Below, in pieces: positions 47,328 through 64,000 of a stretch of DNA of 64,000 nt (the first letter of the stretch is position 1; each line of letters starts with the position of its first letter). The notes beneath the pieces were generated by a model that saw only the letters and a program-made list of their open reading frames with translations, was not told where the DNA came from and did not search any database. The translations under genes were made by a program, and so were the position numbers. The stretch comes from the human T2T-CHM13v2.0 reference genome, Homo sapiens, in the NCBI RefSeq assembly GCF_009914755.1, contig NC_060933.1. One strand, 5' to 3'.

Positions 47328-48252
47328 TCAGCTAAATGGAGAGTGTATAGGAGGATAGAGTTGTTAGATAGTAATAGGACAAACAAGAAGCCCAGGGGCG
47401 AGGAGGAGGGTCATGCTTGGATCCTTCTGAACCTCTCAACTTCTTCCTCAGATCCTAAAATTGGCTTCCTGTCACCTATTCTGTTCTGAGCCTCCTCCTC
47501 AGCCTCTGGACCTCTCCCTTCTTATGAACTAAAAGGTTTCTTAGGGTCACAGTTCCCACAGCTGGGCCCTACCACCTGCAGTCAGAGCCCTTAGCGCTCC
47601 CCTTGTATTCGCCTGGTACATATCCCAGCCTCACCGCCTGTTTGCAGACTTGTCAACACAGTCATTGGGCTACCTCTTGGACAATCACCCTTGATGCTGA
47701 ATCACCCAAGCAAATTAATTGAATTTTCAAGTGACGAGAGTAATCCTAAGCACTTAATGGTCAGAAGTGAGGGGGCACAAACTATTTTCGGATTCGAATT
47801 TGTCTTTATTATGTGGTGTACACCTTTGTTGGGGTACTAAGTGCCATCAGTAAATAGCTAGCAGCAATTGATGGCTTACAACGTGCCAGAATCTGTGCTG
47901 AGCCCAGGGCATGCATGCCCTCCCTTGCCAACTCAACCTCCAAAATGGGGCACAATATTTTCCCCTCTCTCGAGATGGGTAAACTGAGGCTCAGGGGTTA
48001 AATAACACATGCAAAGTCATACAACTAACGGGCATGGATTCAAACCCAAGTCTTCTGTCTCCAAAAACTGACTACAATCACATGTGGTTGACGGTTATCA
48101 CTGCATGTGATTGTACCATTCATATGGATGTGTAAATGCACCCTCAATGGCACAGAATCACCTGCTGGCCTATCATTGGATGTAAGCAGCTGCCATCTGC
48201 CAAACAATACACGCATTTGATGTATGAATTTGTATCGCTGACTCTTCAGACG

Positions 48253-48733
48253 CAGTAGTCCTCCCTTATCCAAGGTCCAAATATATGAAACAGAAAATTC
48301 CAGAAATAATTCATAAATTTCAAGTTGTCCGTGTTCTGAGTAGCATGATGAAATCTTAGCCATCCTGCTCTGCCTGCCGGGGTGTGAATCATCTTTTTGT
48401 CCAGAGTATTCACACTATAGAGGCTCCCTGCCTGTTAATCACTTAGTAGATCTGTTGGTTATCAGGTCAACTGTCGCAGCATCACAGTGCTTGCGTCCAA
48501 GTAACCCTTATTTTACTTAATAATGGCCCAAAGAGTAATGAGGTCAGAATATTGTTTTATTATATTATAAGTTGTTATCCTTTATTGTACCAAATTTATA
48601 AGTGAAACTTTATCATAGATATGTATGTATAGGAAAAAAAAACATAGTATATAGAGGGTTCAGTACAATCCATGGTTTTGGGCATCCTCTGGGGTCTTGG
48701 AACATACCCCCTGTGGATTAGAGGGGAGTATGG
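48253..48733. mobile_element. MER2 (TcMar-Tigger)
   Basis: cagtagtcctcccttatcc...gaaaattccagaaataa...ggggtcttggaacatacccc. Confidence 0.75.
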
Positions 48734-51047
48734 TAATGCAGCATTCTCACCACATTTGAATCATCTGGGGGCACTAATAAAAAAGCACTGATGCCTTAGC
48801 TTCAATCCCCAGAGATTTAGATTTAACTGGTTTTGGTTTGAATCAAACATTGGAATGCTAGAGGAGCTTCCCAGATGATCCTAATGTGTAGAGAACATAG
48901 GCAGTGAATAGTTGCTAGGAGTGAGGGCTTGGGGTCTGATTTCTGTTACCATAGGCCAGCTATGACACACCTATGAGTCTTAGTTTTCTCATCTATAAAA
49001 TGGGAACTACAGAACTGTGTACTTTATAGCACTGATGCAAGGGTTAAGTTAGATGGAAACAATGGAATGCAAAAATGGTAAGGTTCCTGGTGCCATCCCT
49101 AAAAGCCTCATTGATCCATAATGAAATGGAAGTTTATAGTCTCTTAGGCAAACACCCATTGGTTATATGAGAAAATGTATTCTCCTGGCTTTCTACTCAG
49201 ACTTTCTGACACCTCAGGGTAGAGGAGAGGGCTGGACAGGCACTCTTGACAACCTGCTAGCTCTTTCAGAGATGTAAATGCAAAGGCCTTTCAGAGCTAG
49301 ACAGCTGACATACAGATGTGAAGTAACTGGGATAAGCTATCAGGGCTATTTAAAAAAAGGGAGACAGAGCGAGCAGGTATGATTTGAAGAGAAGATACCC
49401 CATAAAAGGGCTTAAAGTTCATTAAAAATAATAATTACTACCAACAAAGTGCTAGCCAAACAAATCCGTCTGTCCCCACATGCAGCAGGTAGGGTGCCAG
49501 TTTGCACCACGAGTAGTTCACACCTTCAGCTTTAGAGATTCAGGTCAGTGGCTCCTCCCTGCTTCTGCACTTGTGAGCTGAGGGCAGCTACTTCCCCTTC
49601 CATTGGAAGCCAGGGGGTTTCAAGGATATGTCGGTGACTATGAAGGGGCTTGCAGATGACAGCCAGATTTGTTAAAGGCAGACAAGCAGTTATTTGTTTA
49701 AAAGTTCCCACCTTACAGAGGGCCCATCTCTGTTTCAGGCTAGCTGTGTGGCCTCACCTAACTTCTCTGAACCATTGCTCACATGTAAAACACGGAAAAA
49801 ATTATCCACTTCTCAGGGATGTTGTGAAGATTAAAAGAACAAGAGATGTAGAGTGCTCAGCACAGTGCCTCTGCTCTGGGAAGCACTCCAGATGTGTCTG
49901 CTTTTGTTGTGATTTTGCCATTCTTCAACAAAGTTAAAAGAGCCTCAAGCACTGTAAGCATTGTTTCTCCCCTTGCCCTGGTAAATTATTTAAATGACAT
50001 GGTTCATTCTAATACATTACCTCATCCCTCCTTTGAAGCCACAGTCAAAAGCATTGACAAACAAGTTTGAGAGAGATAAGGAGAGGCAAGATAAAAGATA
50101 TAAAGTGACCAAAAAGAAAAAAGGTAGATAATTTGTTCCTTGTCTGTTCTCAAGGATCACAGGTCTGGTGGCTTGCTGAATGGGGTATGGAGAGGGAACA
50201 CGGTACACCTCCCACATCTGTGGCCTACAGTGGCCCCAGTGAGCACTGGGCAGCACCCAGGCAGAGAGAAGGACTTTCTGGATTTCTCTGGGGATAGTTA
50301 CTCTCAGTGTTTCCAAGAATAAGAATCCAGCATGGGATTCATCCCACCTTCATTGCATTTTGCTTTGCTTTGACATCTGCCATGGAGAATGCAAAAAAAA
50401 AAAGTTAGGCCTCATAAGACATAAATGTGTCAATGCTTTGGCCTATCCAGGCCCAGATTTGAGTTCAGAGAGGCCCTGGAAGCCTGGACTAGTCCTAGAC
50501 CAACTTTGGTTCTTGGGCTTTAAGAAACAGCATTCATTCACCTGATTTTCAACTGGGGAACCACCCTCCACCCTCACTGTCAGTCACTGTGCTTTGGATG
50601 AAACTGACTTTATCCCTGTCTTCAGGGAGTGGGTGTGGTATTCAGGCCTGGCCAATCAGAGCATCACATTCCTCTGATCCAGTGATAGATAGTGACCCAT
50701 TGAGAAATGGGCATGTGAACCCCTCAGAGTCAGAGTGATACAAGGAAACTGTTTTTAAGGGCTTTGTTAAGGTATAATTTACATACCATAAAATTCACCC
50801 ATTTAAAGTATACAATTCAATGATTTTTAGTAAATTTTCAAAGTAACCACAAAAATCTGGTTTTTGAATATTTCTATAATCACAAAAAGATCTCTTGTGC
50901 CATTTGTAGGTACAAGGAAACTTTAGCAGAGTTATTGAGGAAAATTCACCTGTTCCTTTTGTCTGGGTCTGTTTGCAATAATGATTACAAGAGCCTGGAT
51001 CTACATAGAACCTGAGAATAAAGCAAAAACTGCTTAGTAAAGAGATA

Positions 51048-51425
<378 letters not shown>

Positions 51426-52630
51426 TCAGAGCTTCCCCTAGACTTCTTCAGTTCCATGAGCTGAGAAGTTTCCCGTTGTCTTTAGCCAGTTTGACTTGTG
51501 TTTTCCATCTCTTGCAATGGGATGAATCTCGCCTGACTCCAAAAATTTTTGACCAGACTCTAAAGATTAGAACTGGAACCTTTATTAATTGAATATCAGA
51601 CAGGAAAGCAAATCTCCAGATTTGCTGTAATCAAAGGATTATTTTACATATGATCATAGATGCCATTTTACAAATGAGGATTCAGCCCTGCAAAAGTCAA
51701 TTGCTTAACCAGGATACATAGGAGAAACTGGAGAAGTCCGTGTAACTCTGAATTTGATTTTGTAACCCTGAATTTGATCCTGTCTTTCCTCTTGAAGTAA
51801 TCATCATCGTCGTCATGATCATCATCACCATTACCTCTTACAAAATGTTTACTATGTGTCAGACCTATGCTGAGTACGTACTGTATAAATATTAACTCAT
51901 TTAATCTTCACAACTGCCTTATGGGGTAGGTATTATTATTATTCTCATTTTACAGATGAGGAAACTGAAGTCTGTAGAGGTCACATAACTTCTCCAAGGT
52001 TATATAGCCTGTGAGTAGCAGAGGCAGGATTTGGATGCAGGCACACTGGCTACAGAGGCCACACTCTTAATCTGTGCACTGTACTGCCTTTTATAAATAA
52101 AAATTAATCTAACATAAGCTTTTAATCAGTGTTCCAGTGGTCTTTCAGCTAGAGATACTACCTTTTTCTGAACTTATATTTCCGTCATTATAAAAAAATA
52201 AAAAGCAAAAACCTCAAATATTTTCTGTATTTTAAGACTCTTCAATTATATAAACAATTTTTATCTGATTTCAAGTAGTCATAAACTTCTGTGCTTCTTA
52301 CAACTTTGTTCTGCTCTTCTAAACACAGTAAAAGTAAAGTTTAATCATGGCAAAAGTCTAATTTTTATGTCTTCTTGCAGTAAAAAACTAGATGACTGCT
52401 CTGCTTTATTGATATTTAATATGATATGGTAATGATATTTAATGTAATTTAATATGAAATTTTACATTTTATATCAGCCAACTGACAAGAAAGTAAGACC
52501 TGGAAGTTATTTTTATGTAGAAGAAAGATATGCTGAATTTTAGGAAATTCAGCCAGTGGATATATACAAGATGGTTGAGGAGGGGAGCTGCAGGCACGGA
52601 GAACAGCTTAGAAGGCTGCTCCTGCAAATA

Positions 52631-52990
52631 CAGACAGTTCCCAACTTACAATGGTTTGGCTTATGGTTTTTCAAATTTATGATGGTGTGAAAGCCATACG
52701 TGTTCAGTAGAAACCACACTGCAAGTACCCCATAACCATTCTGTTTTTCACTTTCAGTACAGAATTCAATAAATTACATGAGAAATTCAAACTTTATTAT
52801 AAAATAGGTTTGTGATGATGATTCTGCCCACCTGTAGGCTAAGGTAAATGTTCTGAGCGATTTAAGGTAGGCTAGGCTAAGCTATGATGTTTGGTAGGTT
52901 AGATGTAAGTGCATTTTCAACTCACAATGTTTTCCATTTACAGTGGGTTCATTGGGATGTCATAACCTCATCGTAAGTTGGGTATCAGTA
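52631..52990. mobile_element. Tigger3a/MER7-type element, opposite orientation to the copy at 46380-46731
   Basis: cagacagttcccaacttacaatggtttg...ggtaggctaggctaagctatgatgtttggtaggttag is the reverse complement of the 46.4-kb copy. Confidence 0.75.
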
Positions 52991-54814
52991 CCTCAGATAT
53001 ATTTGTTTAGTATAGGGAGTCTGTACAAGTTACTTGGGATTGACTTGGCTCCTGGGGCAACAGAACTTTGTTCTAAGTTCTAATGCCATTGTTAAAATCA
53101 ATGAGTCATCAATAGGGCACTAGAGGTAATTGAGAAGCTGCCCTATTGGGAGGGGTAGATAACTAGAAAAACAGCAGCATGAAGTGTGGATTGGAGTACT
53201 TAATGGTGGCACCTGGGCAAATTATTCTAGGCATGTCTGCACAGACCTCAAATGATGGAGGTGGGTTAGAGTTCGGCTTCCCAAATCCTCTGTCAGTGAT
53301 CTCTTATTGCAGAAGGCAGCCTGGTACCCCTAAGAGTCTAAGACACAGCTTCAGCGGCCCTTTCCAGTTTTCTATTTAAAATTCTTGTAGAATTTCTGCT
53401 TCACTCCCTAGGAAAGCCTATGTCTGCCTTCGGGATATGTGAAAATTTGACAAGAAGTAAACACCTTCCCTGTTCAACATAGGCCCCACCTTCCCAAGCT
53501 CTCATTTCTAGGTTTCTTGTTCTTTGGTCCATATTCATTCTATGAGGAGATGGTCAACATGGCTACGAACTCCACATGAACTCAGTATTAACTGGTTAAT
53601 CTACTCCATGAATCCCTACAAATACGGGAGCATGTTGGGGTATGGTTCTTGGGTAATGTGTATGCATTTTGATTGAGGCTGAGGTTTTTGCTGCAATCAG
53701 TGGTCTAGCCTCACAATATCCAGTGTGGTGGGAATGTGTGGCTCAAAGAGGAGAGGAGGATGGAGCTTCTGGAGAAGGAAAGGCTTTGGAGCAAGCAGGG
53801 ATATTAGAGTCTAACAAGTAACAGCAAGTTTCTTACACTTTTGTGTTCAACACTTTGTTGCTCATTCATGCTGGAAAAGAAGACAAGAAACAAGCCAAAA
53901 TTTTCATTCATCCTCAGATTGTCTTATTCTAACTTGGAGACAAAATCTGGATTTGAACCTTGTTTCTGCCGTTTATGAGTTGTTTGAACTCGAACACATC
54001 AACTAATCTCAATTACCTCAACTGCAAAGGAGCAGTTCTGATAACATCCTTCCTGTCTCATTCACAGGGTTACTGGGGGAATGAATCAGTCAATGTAATC
54101 AAAAATGCTGCATACAGACAGTGTAAACTGTGACTGTCTTGTAAGAGTCAAGTGTCAATAATGACTGTCACTTTGATTTGGGGTCAGGATTCACTCTTAC
54201 TGCTGCCTGTTATGTACAATCTCAAGCAGTGTTGTTTATTATTATTCTAAGAATAGCATAGCTTTTGGGTCTGTATTTTACAAACCAAATATTGTAATTT
54301 TAGGGATAATGGAATATTAGGGGCATAATGGGGAAAGTTGAAAAATTATGGTCAGTGGAGAGATAGTTAAAAAAAAAGTACTGGAATAGAAGTTAGGAGA
54401 CTTCACCTAGTACCTCAGTGATCTGGAGTCATCATGGCACCATGCTGGGCCTCAGTTTCCTCGATCTGTAAAATGAGGATGCTTGATCCATTGTTTCTTA
54501 ACTAGGAGGAGTTTTGGAATCACCTGGAAAATCCCCAAAGGTAGAATTTTTGTTTTGTTTCTTGCTGTGTTTCCAAGGCCTGGAAAAGTACTTGGTGTGG
54601 GGAAGCTACTCAATAAATACACATATATTTTATGAATGAATAAACTTTTTCAAAATTCATAGGCCTGGTTCCACTCTGAAATCCTCGTGCAGTTTGGGGT
54701 AGAGCCTACATGTGTATTTTGGAAAGGCCTTTCTGATCGTTTTGCCAAGTGCTCCTGGCTAATTAATAACCACCAAGAGCCACTAAACTCAACAATCTCC
54801 AAGGTCCCTTCACA

Positions 54815-54925
54815 TGCAGTTGCCACATTTAGCAAACAAAAATGCAGAGCATCCAGCCAAATTTGAATTTCAGATAAACAATGAATACTTTTTTAGTGTA
54901 AGTATAGGTCATGCAGTATTTGGTT
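54815..54925. mobile_element. MER53 half-element
   Basis: gttgccacatttagcaaacaaaaat...aaatttgaatttcagataaacaatgaata. Confidence 0.7.
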
Positions 54926-55677
54926 GCTGCAACTTAAATAAACATAACCAGATAAGACTTCTGCTTAGACTGATAGTTTGGGCCAGAGAGTGGCACCTTG
55001 AAACTGGCCCAGATTTGAAAATCAGACAGAGATAGTCTTGGTTTGAGTCTCTGCCCTGATCTTAGCAGATTGCTTAACTTCACTGGGCTCCACAACTACA
55101 GTGTCTACCCTGTAGAGTTGGTGAAAGTATTAGAGATAATAGAGGTAAGATGCCCAGCACTTAGCAGGCATTTAATAAAGCTTAGCTATTATTACTATTT
55201 TTTATCTGCTCCACGGGGTTTGAAGAAAAATAATAGTATCAATGAGACTGTTATTGGCAATACTGTTTACTCGTAAATTGGCACTTGAAATAACCAAGAT
55301 TATAGTTAACAGTTCTAGGTAGAGCTTGGCAAAGTTAGATTGAATGCTGACCTTGTATTAAACAATACCTCTATGTCTGGGGGAACAAAACCGTACTAAG
55401 TACAGATCATCCAGAATAAATAAAGGAAGGAAGTACTTTTATTTCATTCATTATGAAATGTCATTTGCTTAACTGACTTTTTTGACGTTAAAGATAAATA
55501 TTTGTTCAGGTTTTATAGGGTCACTCTCTGGGGAAATAGGCTATTACTTGGCCAGCGGAAATACTTCAATCCTGACCAGGTTTTTCTGACTTCTAAGTTA
55601 AAGGCATCTTCTTCTTCTAGAGTTTTAGTTGTTTCTAGACATTTTAAATACATCTCCACTGGTTAAACAAATAGACA

Positions 55678-55990
55678 GTCAGGCACAGCAGTTCACACCT
55701 ATAATCCCAGTACTTTGGGAGCCCAAAAAAGGTGGGAGGATTGCTTGAGCTCAGGAGTTCAAGACCATCCTGGGCAACAAAGTGATACCTCATCCCTACT
55801 AAAATTAAAAAGAAAAAAAAGCCAGGCACAGTGGTGCACACCTGTTGTCCCAGCTAGCTGGGAGCTGAGGTGGAAGAATTGCTTAAGCCCAGGAGGTTGA
55901 AGCTGCAGTGAGCCATGATTGTGCTACTGCACTCCAGCCTGAGAACAGAGCAAGACCTTGTCTCAAACTAATAATAATAATAATAACAAT
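55678..55990 (+). mobile_element. AluJ-like element
   Basis: Alu motifs, (AAT)n tail. Confidence 0.88.
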
Positions 55991-56415
55991 AGGCAAACAT
56001 AGCAGTAAACATAAAATGTTCATTTAAAAAATTATCTCCAGAAAGATCTATTTGGACAAAATCTTTAGATAATTTCATTATCAAATTTAAAAAGAGATGG
56101 CTGGAAAATAAATTGCCAAAGTTTCAACTGAGCAACTCTGATATTGGCAAAAATACGTTAAGCTCCCTATGTTTACTTCATTGCTCATTCAACACATATT
56201 TATTGTTGAGCACATATTATATACCAGACAGTGTGGTAAGTGCCAGGGACTATGAGTAAACAGAACAAAATTCTTGCTCTTGTGGAGCTTATATTCTGAC
56301 ACAGGAAAACAAATATAAACATAATAAATGAATTAATTAGAATATAGATGGCAATAAGTGCTACGAAAAAAGATGAGGAGAACAAAGATGAGACTATGTG
56401 AAGGGCTAAAGTGGC

Positions 56416-57023
<608 letters not shown>

Positions 57024-57161
57024 TGGAGTGCAATTTTAAATAGCATGGTGATAGTGGGCCTCTCTGGGGAGGTGACATTTGTGGACAGGAGAGAAAGAAG
57101 GAGCATGCTGATTTGGGGCGAGAAAAGGGAAACGTCAAACACAAATCACCTAAAGCAGGAG

Positions 57162-57530
57162 TGATATGGTTTGGCTGTGTCCCCACCCAAATCTCATCTT
57201 GAATTATAACTCCTACAATTCCCACATTTCGTGGAAGGAACCCGGTGGGAGGTAATCAAATCACGGGAGTGGGTCTTTCCCATGCTGTTCTTGTGATAGT
57301 GATTAAGTCTCACAAGATCTGATGGTTTTCAAAATGGGAGTTTCCCTACACAAGCCCTCTCTTTGCCTGGTGCCATCCAAGTAAGACGTGAGTTACTTCT
57401 CCTTGCCTTCCGCCATGATTTTGAGGCCTCCACAGCTACATGGAACTGTAAGTCTATTGAACTTCTTTCTTTTGTAAATTACCCAATCTTGGGTATGTCT
57501 TTATCAACAGTGTGAAAACAGACTAATGCA
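57162..57530 (+). mobile_element. THE1 solo LTR (ERVL-MaLR)
   Basis: TGATATGGTTTGGCTGTGTCCCCACCCAAATCTCATCTTGAAT...cagactaatgCA; 5-bp TSD aggag/aggaa. Confidence 0.92.
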
Positions 57531-58199
57531 AGGAACATACCTGGAGTGTTCCAGGAACAGCCAGGAGGCAACGTGGCTGGACAGGAGACAGGGAAGAGGA
57601 GAGTAGTAGGAGAAAAGACAGAGTCATTATTGTCATCATAATTGTGACAGAACTCCACAAACCTAACTTCCAGTTTTGAGTCTTAGTTTATTTACTCTGT
57701 GACTGTAGGGAAATCCTTAACTGCTTAAATAGAATGATAGTACTTAACTTGCAAAGCATCGATAGTTAGAGATTTATTTCACAAAACTGACTAGAGAGAA
57801 TCAGTATAGCTTAGCCATGCTGTCGGTACTTACGTGGATAGCTCTGGGTTTATATGCTGATTTACTTACTAGATGTGTGTCCTTGGGCAGGTTACTTAAA
57901 CCTCTCTGTGCTTCAGGTTTCCTTTCTGTAAAATGAGGCAACTAATAAATGCATCCTTTAGAGCTGTTAAGGGTTGCCTGGACAACTGTGAGGCTGTCTG
58001 TGAGAGACAGTCTCACATCACATGCTTAACATAGTGATTGGCATATAGAAAGTACTAAGTAAATATCATTATTTATTATTATTTGAAAAGTTTAAGATTA
58101 AATATATTGAAATATGCATTTAAATGTATATTTGAAATATATATTTAATAACCAAAACATGCTTTTGAGAAAAAATATCTTATTGTTATTAATAGTTGT

Positions 58200-58512
<313 letters not shown>

Positions 58513-58517
58513 CCAGC

Positions 58518-59644
<1,127 letters not shown>

Positions 59645-59858
59645 TTAAGTTTTCATAAACTTTTGAATATAAAGAATTTATTGGGCTCAAGCCCAATTCT
59701 ATCATTTTTGATCTTTAAAGATCTTCACTGATCCTTGGTAGTTTACAAGCATTCATTTTTTATATAATTGTTATCAGTGTATACATCCTACTTCATATCT
59801 GATTTTTCCTCTTAGAATTATTTCATGTATACCAATAGAGTACAAGATTCTTAGCATT

Positions 59859-60247
59859 TATACTGGCGGTATAGAATTCTCCCCTGTTACTGTGTAACCA
59901 CGCTACCTCCAATAGTCCCTTTTGTACCTGGTTTGGTCTGTGTGATGATAGAATATAGCAGAAGCAATGGTATATCACTTCTGAGATTAGATTATAAAAG
60001 GCATTGTGCTACCATCTTGGTCATTCTAACTTTCTCTCTCTCCCCACTTGCTCTGGGGGAAACCAGCTGCCATGTCATGGGCAGCACTATGGAGCAATAC
60101 ACGTGACAAGCCTTTTGCCAACAACCATGTGAGCTGCTGAGTCTCCTTAGAAGAGCCAAGAAGCCTTCTCAGAAGTGGATCTATACTGGCTGTATAGCAT
60201 CCTGCCCCGCTACTGTATGTCACACCACCTCAAACAGTCCCTTTTGT
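59859..60247 (+). repeat. Local duplicate of the MLT1 segment 58568-58834, bracketed by a ~66-bp direct repeat
   Basis: Manual alignment; see findings. Confidence 0.88.
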
Positions 60248-61728
60248 TGGAATTTAAATTCCAGTTTTTCAAAATAATAACTGGCACAATAAAAATAGTG
60301 CAAATTAGCTGGGCAGTGTAGTGAAAGTTAAATAGATCAGCTCTCTTAGATACATAAAACACAGATAACACAGAAGGGGCAAGTCCTCTTAAAGTACATA
60401 GACCGTGAACAAATATTGAACACATGCATTTGTTAAATAAGTGAGCAAATACAAGGCTAACCTAAGACAGCAAGTGCAAAGTAACTAGGTGAACTTACTT
60501 GTTTAGATAATAACTTTCTAGAATTCTGTGTGTTTCCTAGAGAAATACAGGAATGACAGCTGACAATAAAGCTTTGGAAAAATCCTGTAAGTAATTGCCT
60601 TGGCTCCAAGTATCAAAGCAGAATTTCGGAGAAGGTCCTCCTGCACTAAAGTCATTGTCCCCAGACTATGAGTTTCTGCCTCCTTCTCTTTCAGCATTCT
60701 CCTCCCCTCCTCTGGCTGTCCTTTGTCAGACTCTACAATCATGGCTAGAAGAAAAAAGTTGACTTAACCGTTCTTTGTTGAAATTCGGGACTATGTTAGA
60801 GATACCAGGTCTCAATCAAATACAGCCTTCAATAAAAGACTCTTACGTAACCAGATCCTATGAGCAGAGAGCCATCGTGCCTCCAACTTAGTTTCTTCAG
60901 ATTGGCTGGTTTTGGTGCTCAACTTTTGACTTTACCCACCTTCCTGACAAAGTGTTGAGGACCACTAGGTAAGCATGCTATCTTCAACGTTAAAAAAAAA
61001 AATCATGATTGAAGGCAGCTGCACTTCATATATCAAGGAGCATTGAATATAACTAACTCTAAAACTTCATCAGGTCATGAGGTTTTATTGACATCAGTGT
61101 ATTTGGCTTCAGCTGTGATAATCATGTGGCGCAGTCTCTTTTCCTCCCCGCAATGCCTTGCCTCCCTTGGAAGACTCCCTCCACCCCACCCCAGCCCCAT
61201 TCAGCTTCGTTCAGAAAAACCTTCATTTTTATCTCCCATTAAAGTTTGTCTGATGAAAAGGCTCTGAGGCTCAAATGACAGCTCAGTTGTTTGAAACCTG
61301 CTGGGTTAGAGAATGGTGCTATAAGGTTAAGATCAAAAGGTCACCAGGTCAGGGTTTCCTTGCTGAGGAAGAAAAGCTTCAGTGACAGTGACTCAGTGTA
61401 AAGTTATCATCACTAGCATAATTAAACACACACACACACACACACACCACAATGCATACACTGTCCCAGCTGGAAGGGGTCAGGGTGGACTTCTGGCTCT
61501 GGCCTCCAGCAACCTGGGTTCAAATTCTGCCTCTACCACTTGGCACTGTGGCTTCTTGCAGCTATTTGAACCTCTGTGAGCCCCATTCTTCTTGTCTGCA
61601 AACTGTAGATAATAATCATGACTACCTTACAGGAGAAGTAAATTGGTTCAGAGAACACACTTAACTACAGTGCCAAGCATGGAAGTAAGCTCTCAATAAG
61701 AATTATTGATTATTAAAACTACATTCTT

Positions 61729-62067
<339 letters not shown>

Positions 62068-63011
62068 TTATATTCTTGTTTTAGTTATAACAACATTTTA
62101 TATGTCTCTCAAGCCAAAGTCTAATAGCATTACAAGTTGTTTTTGCACATGTATCATCTCCCTTTAAAGGACAGATAGTTTCTTGGGATTATTCTTATTT
62201 TTGTCCTTTATGAAGCCTAACCCAGCACTTTCAGCACAGCAGGCCTTCAATAAATATTTGGTAAATAAATAAATAAATGTTCTAAATAAAGTGGATCTGC
62301 AGGGACAGGTTTGTACACATAATCCCTCTACTTAGGATCCTAGTAGAATGACATACACATTCTGAATGCTCTATAAATATTTTATAATAGTAACAATGAT
62401 ATAATAATTATAATTATGAATGAAGATTACTCTTAGCTCAATTTCCTGAACTAGAATTATGTCCTTCAGCCACGGAGAAAATGTATTCATACAGGGTTCC
62501 AGCTTAATGTAAACAGAATTGTAACTTGATTTTTAAAATAACTAAAGCAAATGAACCAATGTGTCCTTTCCTTTCCTTTCAAACAGTTGTTTCCAGGAAC
62601 CAGAAGTGTGGGGCTATCATATGCAAGTTGTGATAAATTAGGTCTTTTCCTTCAACATTTAGTCTCAAAAAAAAGAAAAAAAGGAAAAGAAGACTCCTTA
62701 AGGGCAGTATGACCATGGGCAAGGGTGAGGGAACACACAGCTTTCCTTAGTAAATCTCAAGCCTCCAAGGTTGGCGTTGGAAAGGATCTGCAGGTAGCAA
62801 ATCCAGCTGTCCCACTGTGCACGCCCTCCCCAGTTCACCTTTTCTCTGAGGGAGACTCATTGGTGCTCAGGTATGCATGTGACTCTTCACACACACACAC
62901 ACACTCACACTCACACTCTTGCCACCATGACTTCCATTTAATGTTCAAGAATTCTTCTCTCACAGCTCTGTAAAATATTTGAGAAGGACAAAAACTTTCA
63001 AAAAACCCTTA

Positions 63012-63479
<468 letters not shown>

Positions 63480-64000
63480 TTAGGCCCTGATGGGAAACTC
63501 AGGGCACGAGATTTCTACCTGCAGCATACCCAAGGCTCATTCTGATCCAACTTACTCTGTGAGGTTTGATCCTTACTGCAACTTAATGAAAGAGGCACAG
63601 GTAGGTATTACTGCCATTTTACAGACAAGAAACTTGAGGCTTGGGGAGATTCAACAGTTGGGCTATTGCTATTTGCACACAATTCCAAGTATTTAGCAGA
63701 TAACTAATTGCACCACACGAAGGTCTACTACAGAAATGGGCTGATGGGGTGAAACTCGGAACCAGGGCAGATGCTCTTTAACTACAAAGCTTGTATAACG
63801 CGTGGTCATGTTCAGTATTAATACTAGATTAGCTTAACTGAATTCTGAGACAATGGACACAAGACAAATTAGATTTGATGAGAAAGGAGGGAGAGGAAAG
63901 GTTCTAAACATGGGCATGCTGTCAGTAGGATAGTCCTCCTTGTGACCCACAACTGACAGAATGGAGGAAAATATTTTAAATCATATATCAGATAAAGACT

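Noticed and set aside
51741-51778. Short tandem duplications (tgtaaYcctgaatttgat-like x2 here; gacccagttgct x2 near 37899)
   Set aside because: Ordinary slippage duplications with no functional context.

Overview
This is human (or very close hominid) genomic DNA at 9p24.3, identified from the exon translations and the Alu-rich primate repeat content. Bases ~438-30,920 (+) hold the last ten exons of DOCK8 (exons 39-48 in the usual 48-exon numbering). They encode most of the DHR-2 GEF domain and the C-terminal tail, followed by the 3' UTR and polyA site. All ten exons splice GT-AG into one open frame ending ...CETQLSQGS*. About 4.3 kb downstream is a CpG-rich promoter (~35.1-35.9 kb) containing a 36-bp GC-rich tandem repeat; from known gene order this is probably the distal KANK1 promoter. 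The rest is repeat-rich non-coding DNA with a decayed RPL12 processed pseudogene, about 30 Alus, LTRs (MER21, MER50, MER4, MLT1, THE1) and DNA-transposon relics. I see no convincing novel multi-gene system. The most unusual signals are: (1) a 50/51-identical copy of part of exon 42 in the next intron, inside an imperfect inverted repeat; (2) a template-switch-like duplication scar at ~59.9-60.2 kb; (3) the NRF1/Sp-motif tandem repeat in the promoter; (4) a (TA/TG)n-T13 tract forming the exon 46 acceptor; (5) a candidate MIR-derived non-coding exon; (6) a fusion of two oppositely oriented Alus that looks like a deletion scar. Exon coordinates were counted exactly. Repeat boundaries and subfamily names were assigned by eye and are approximate.
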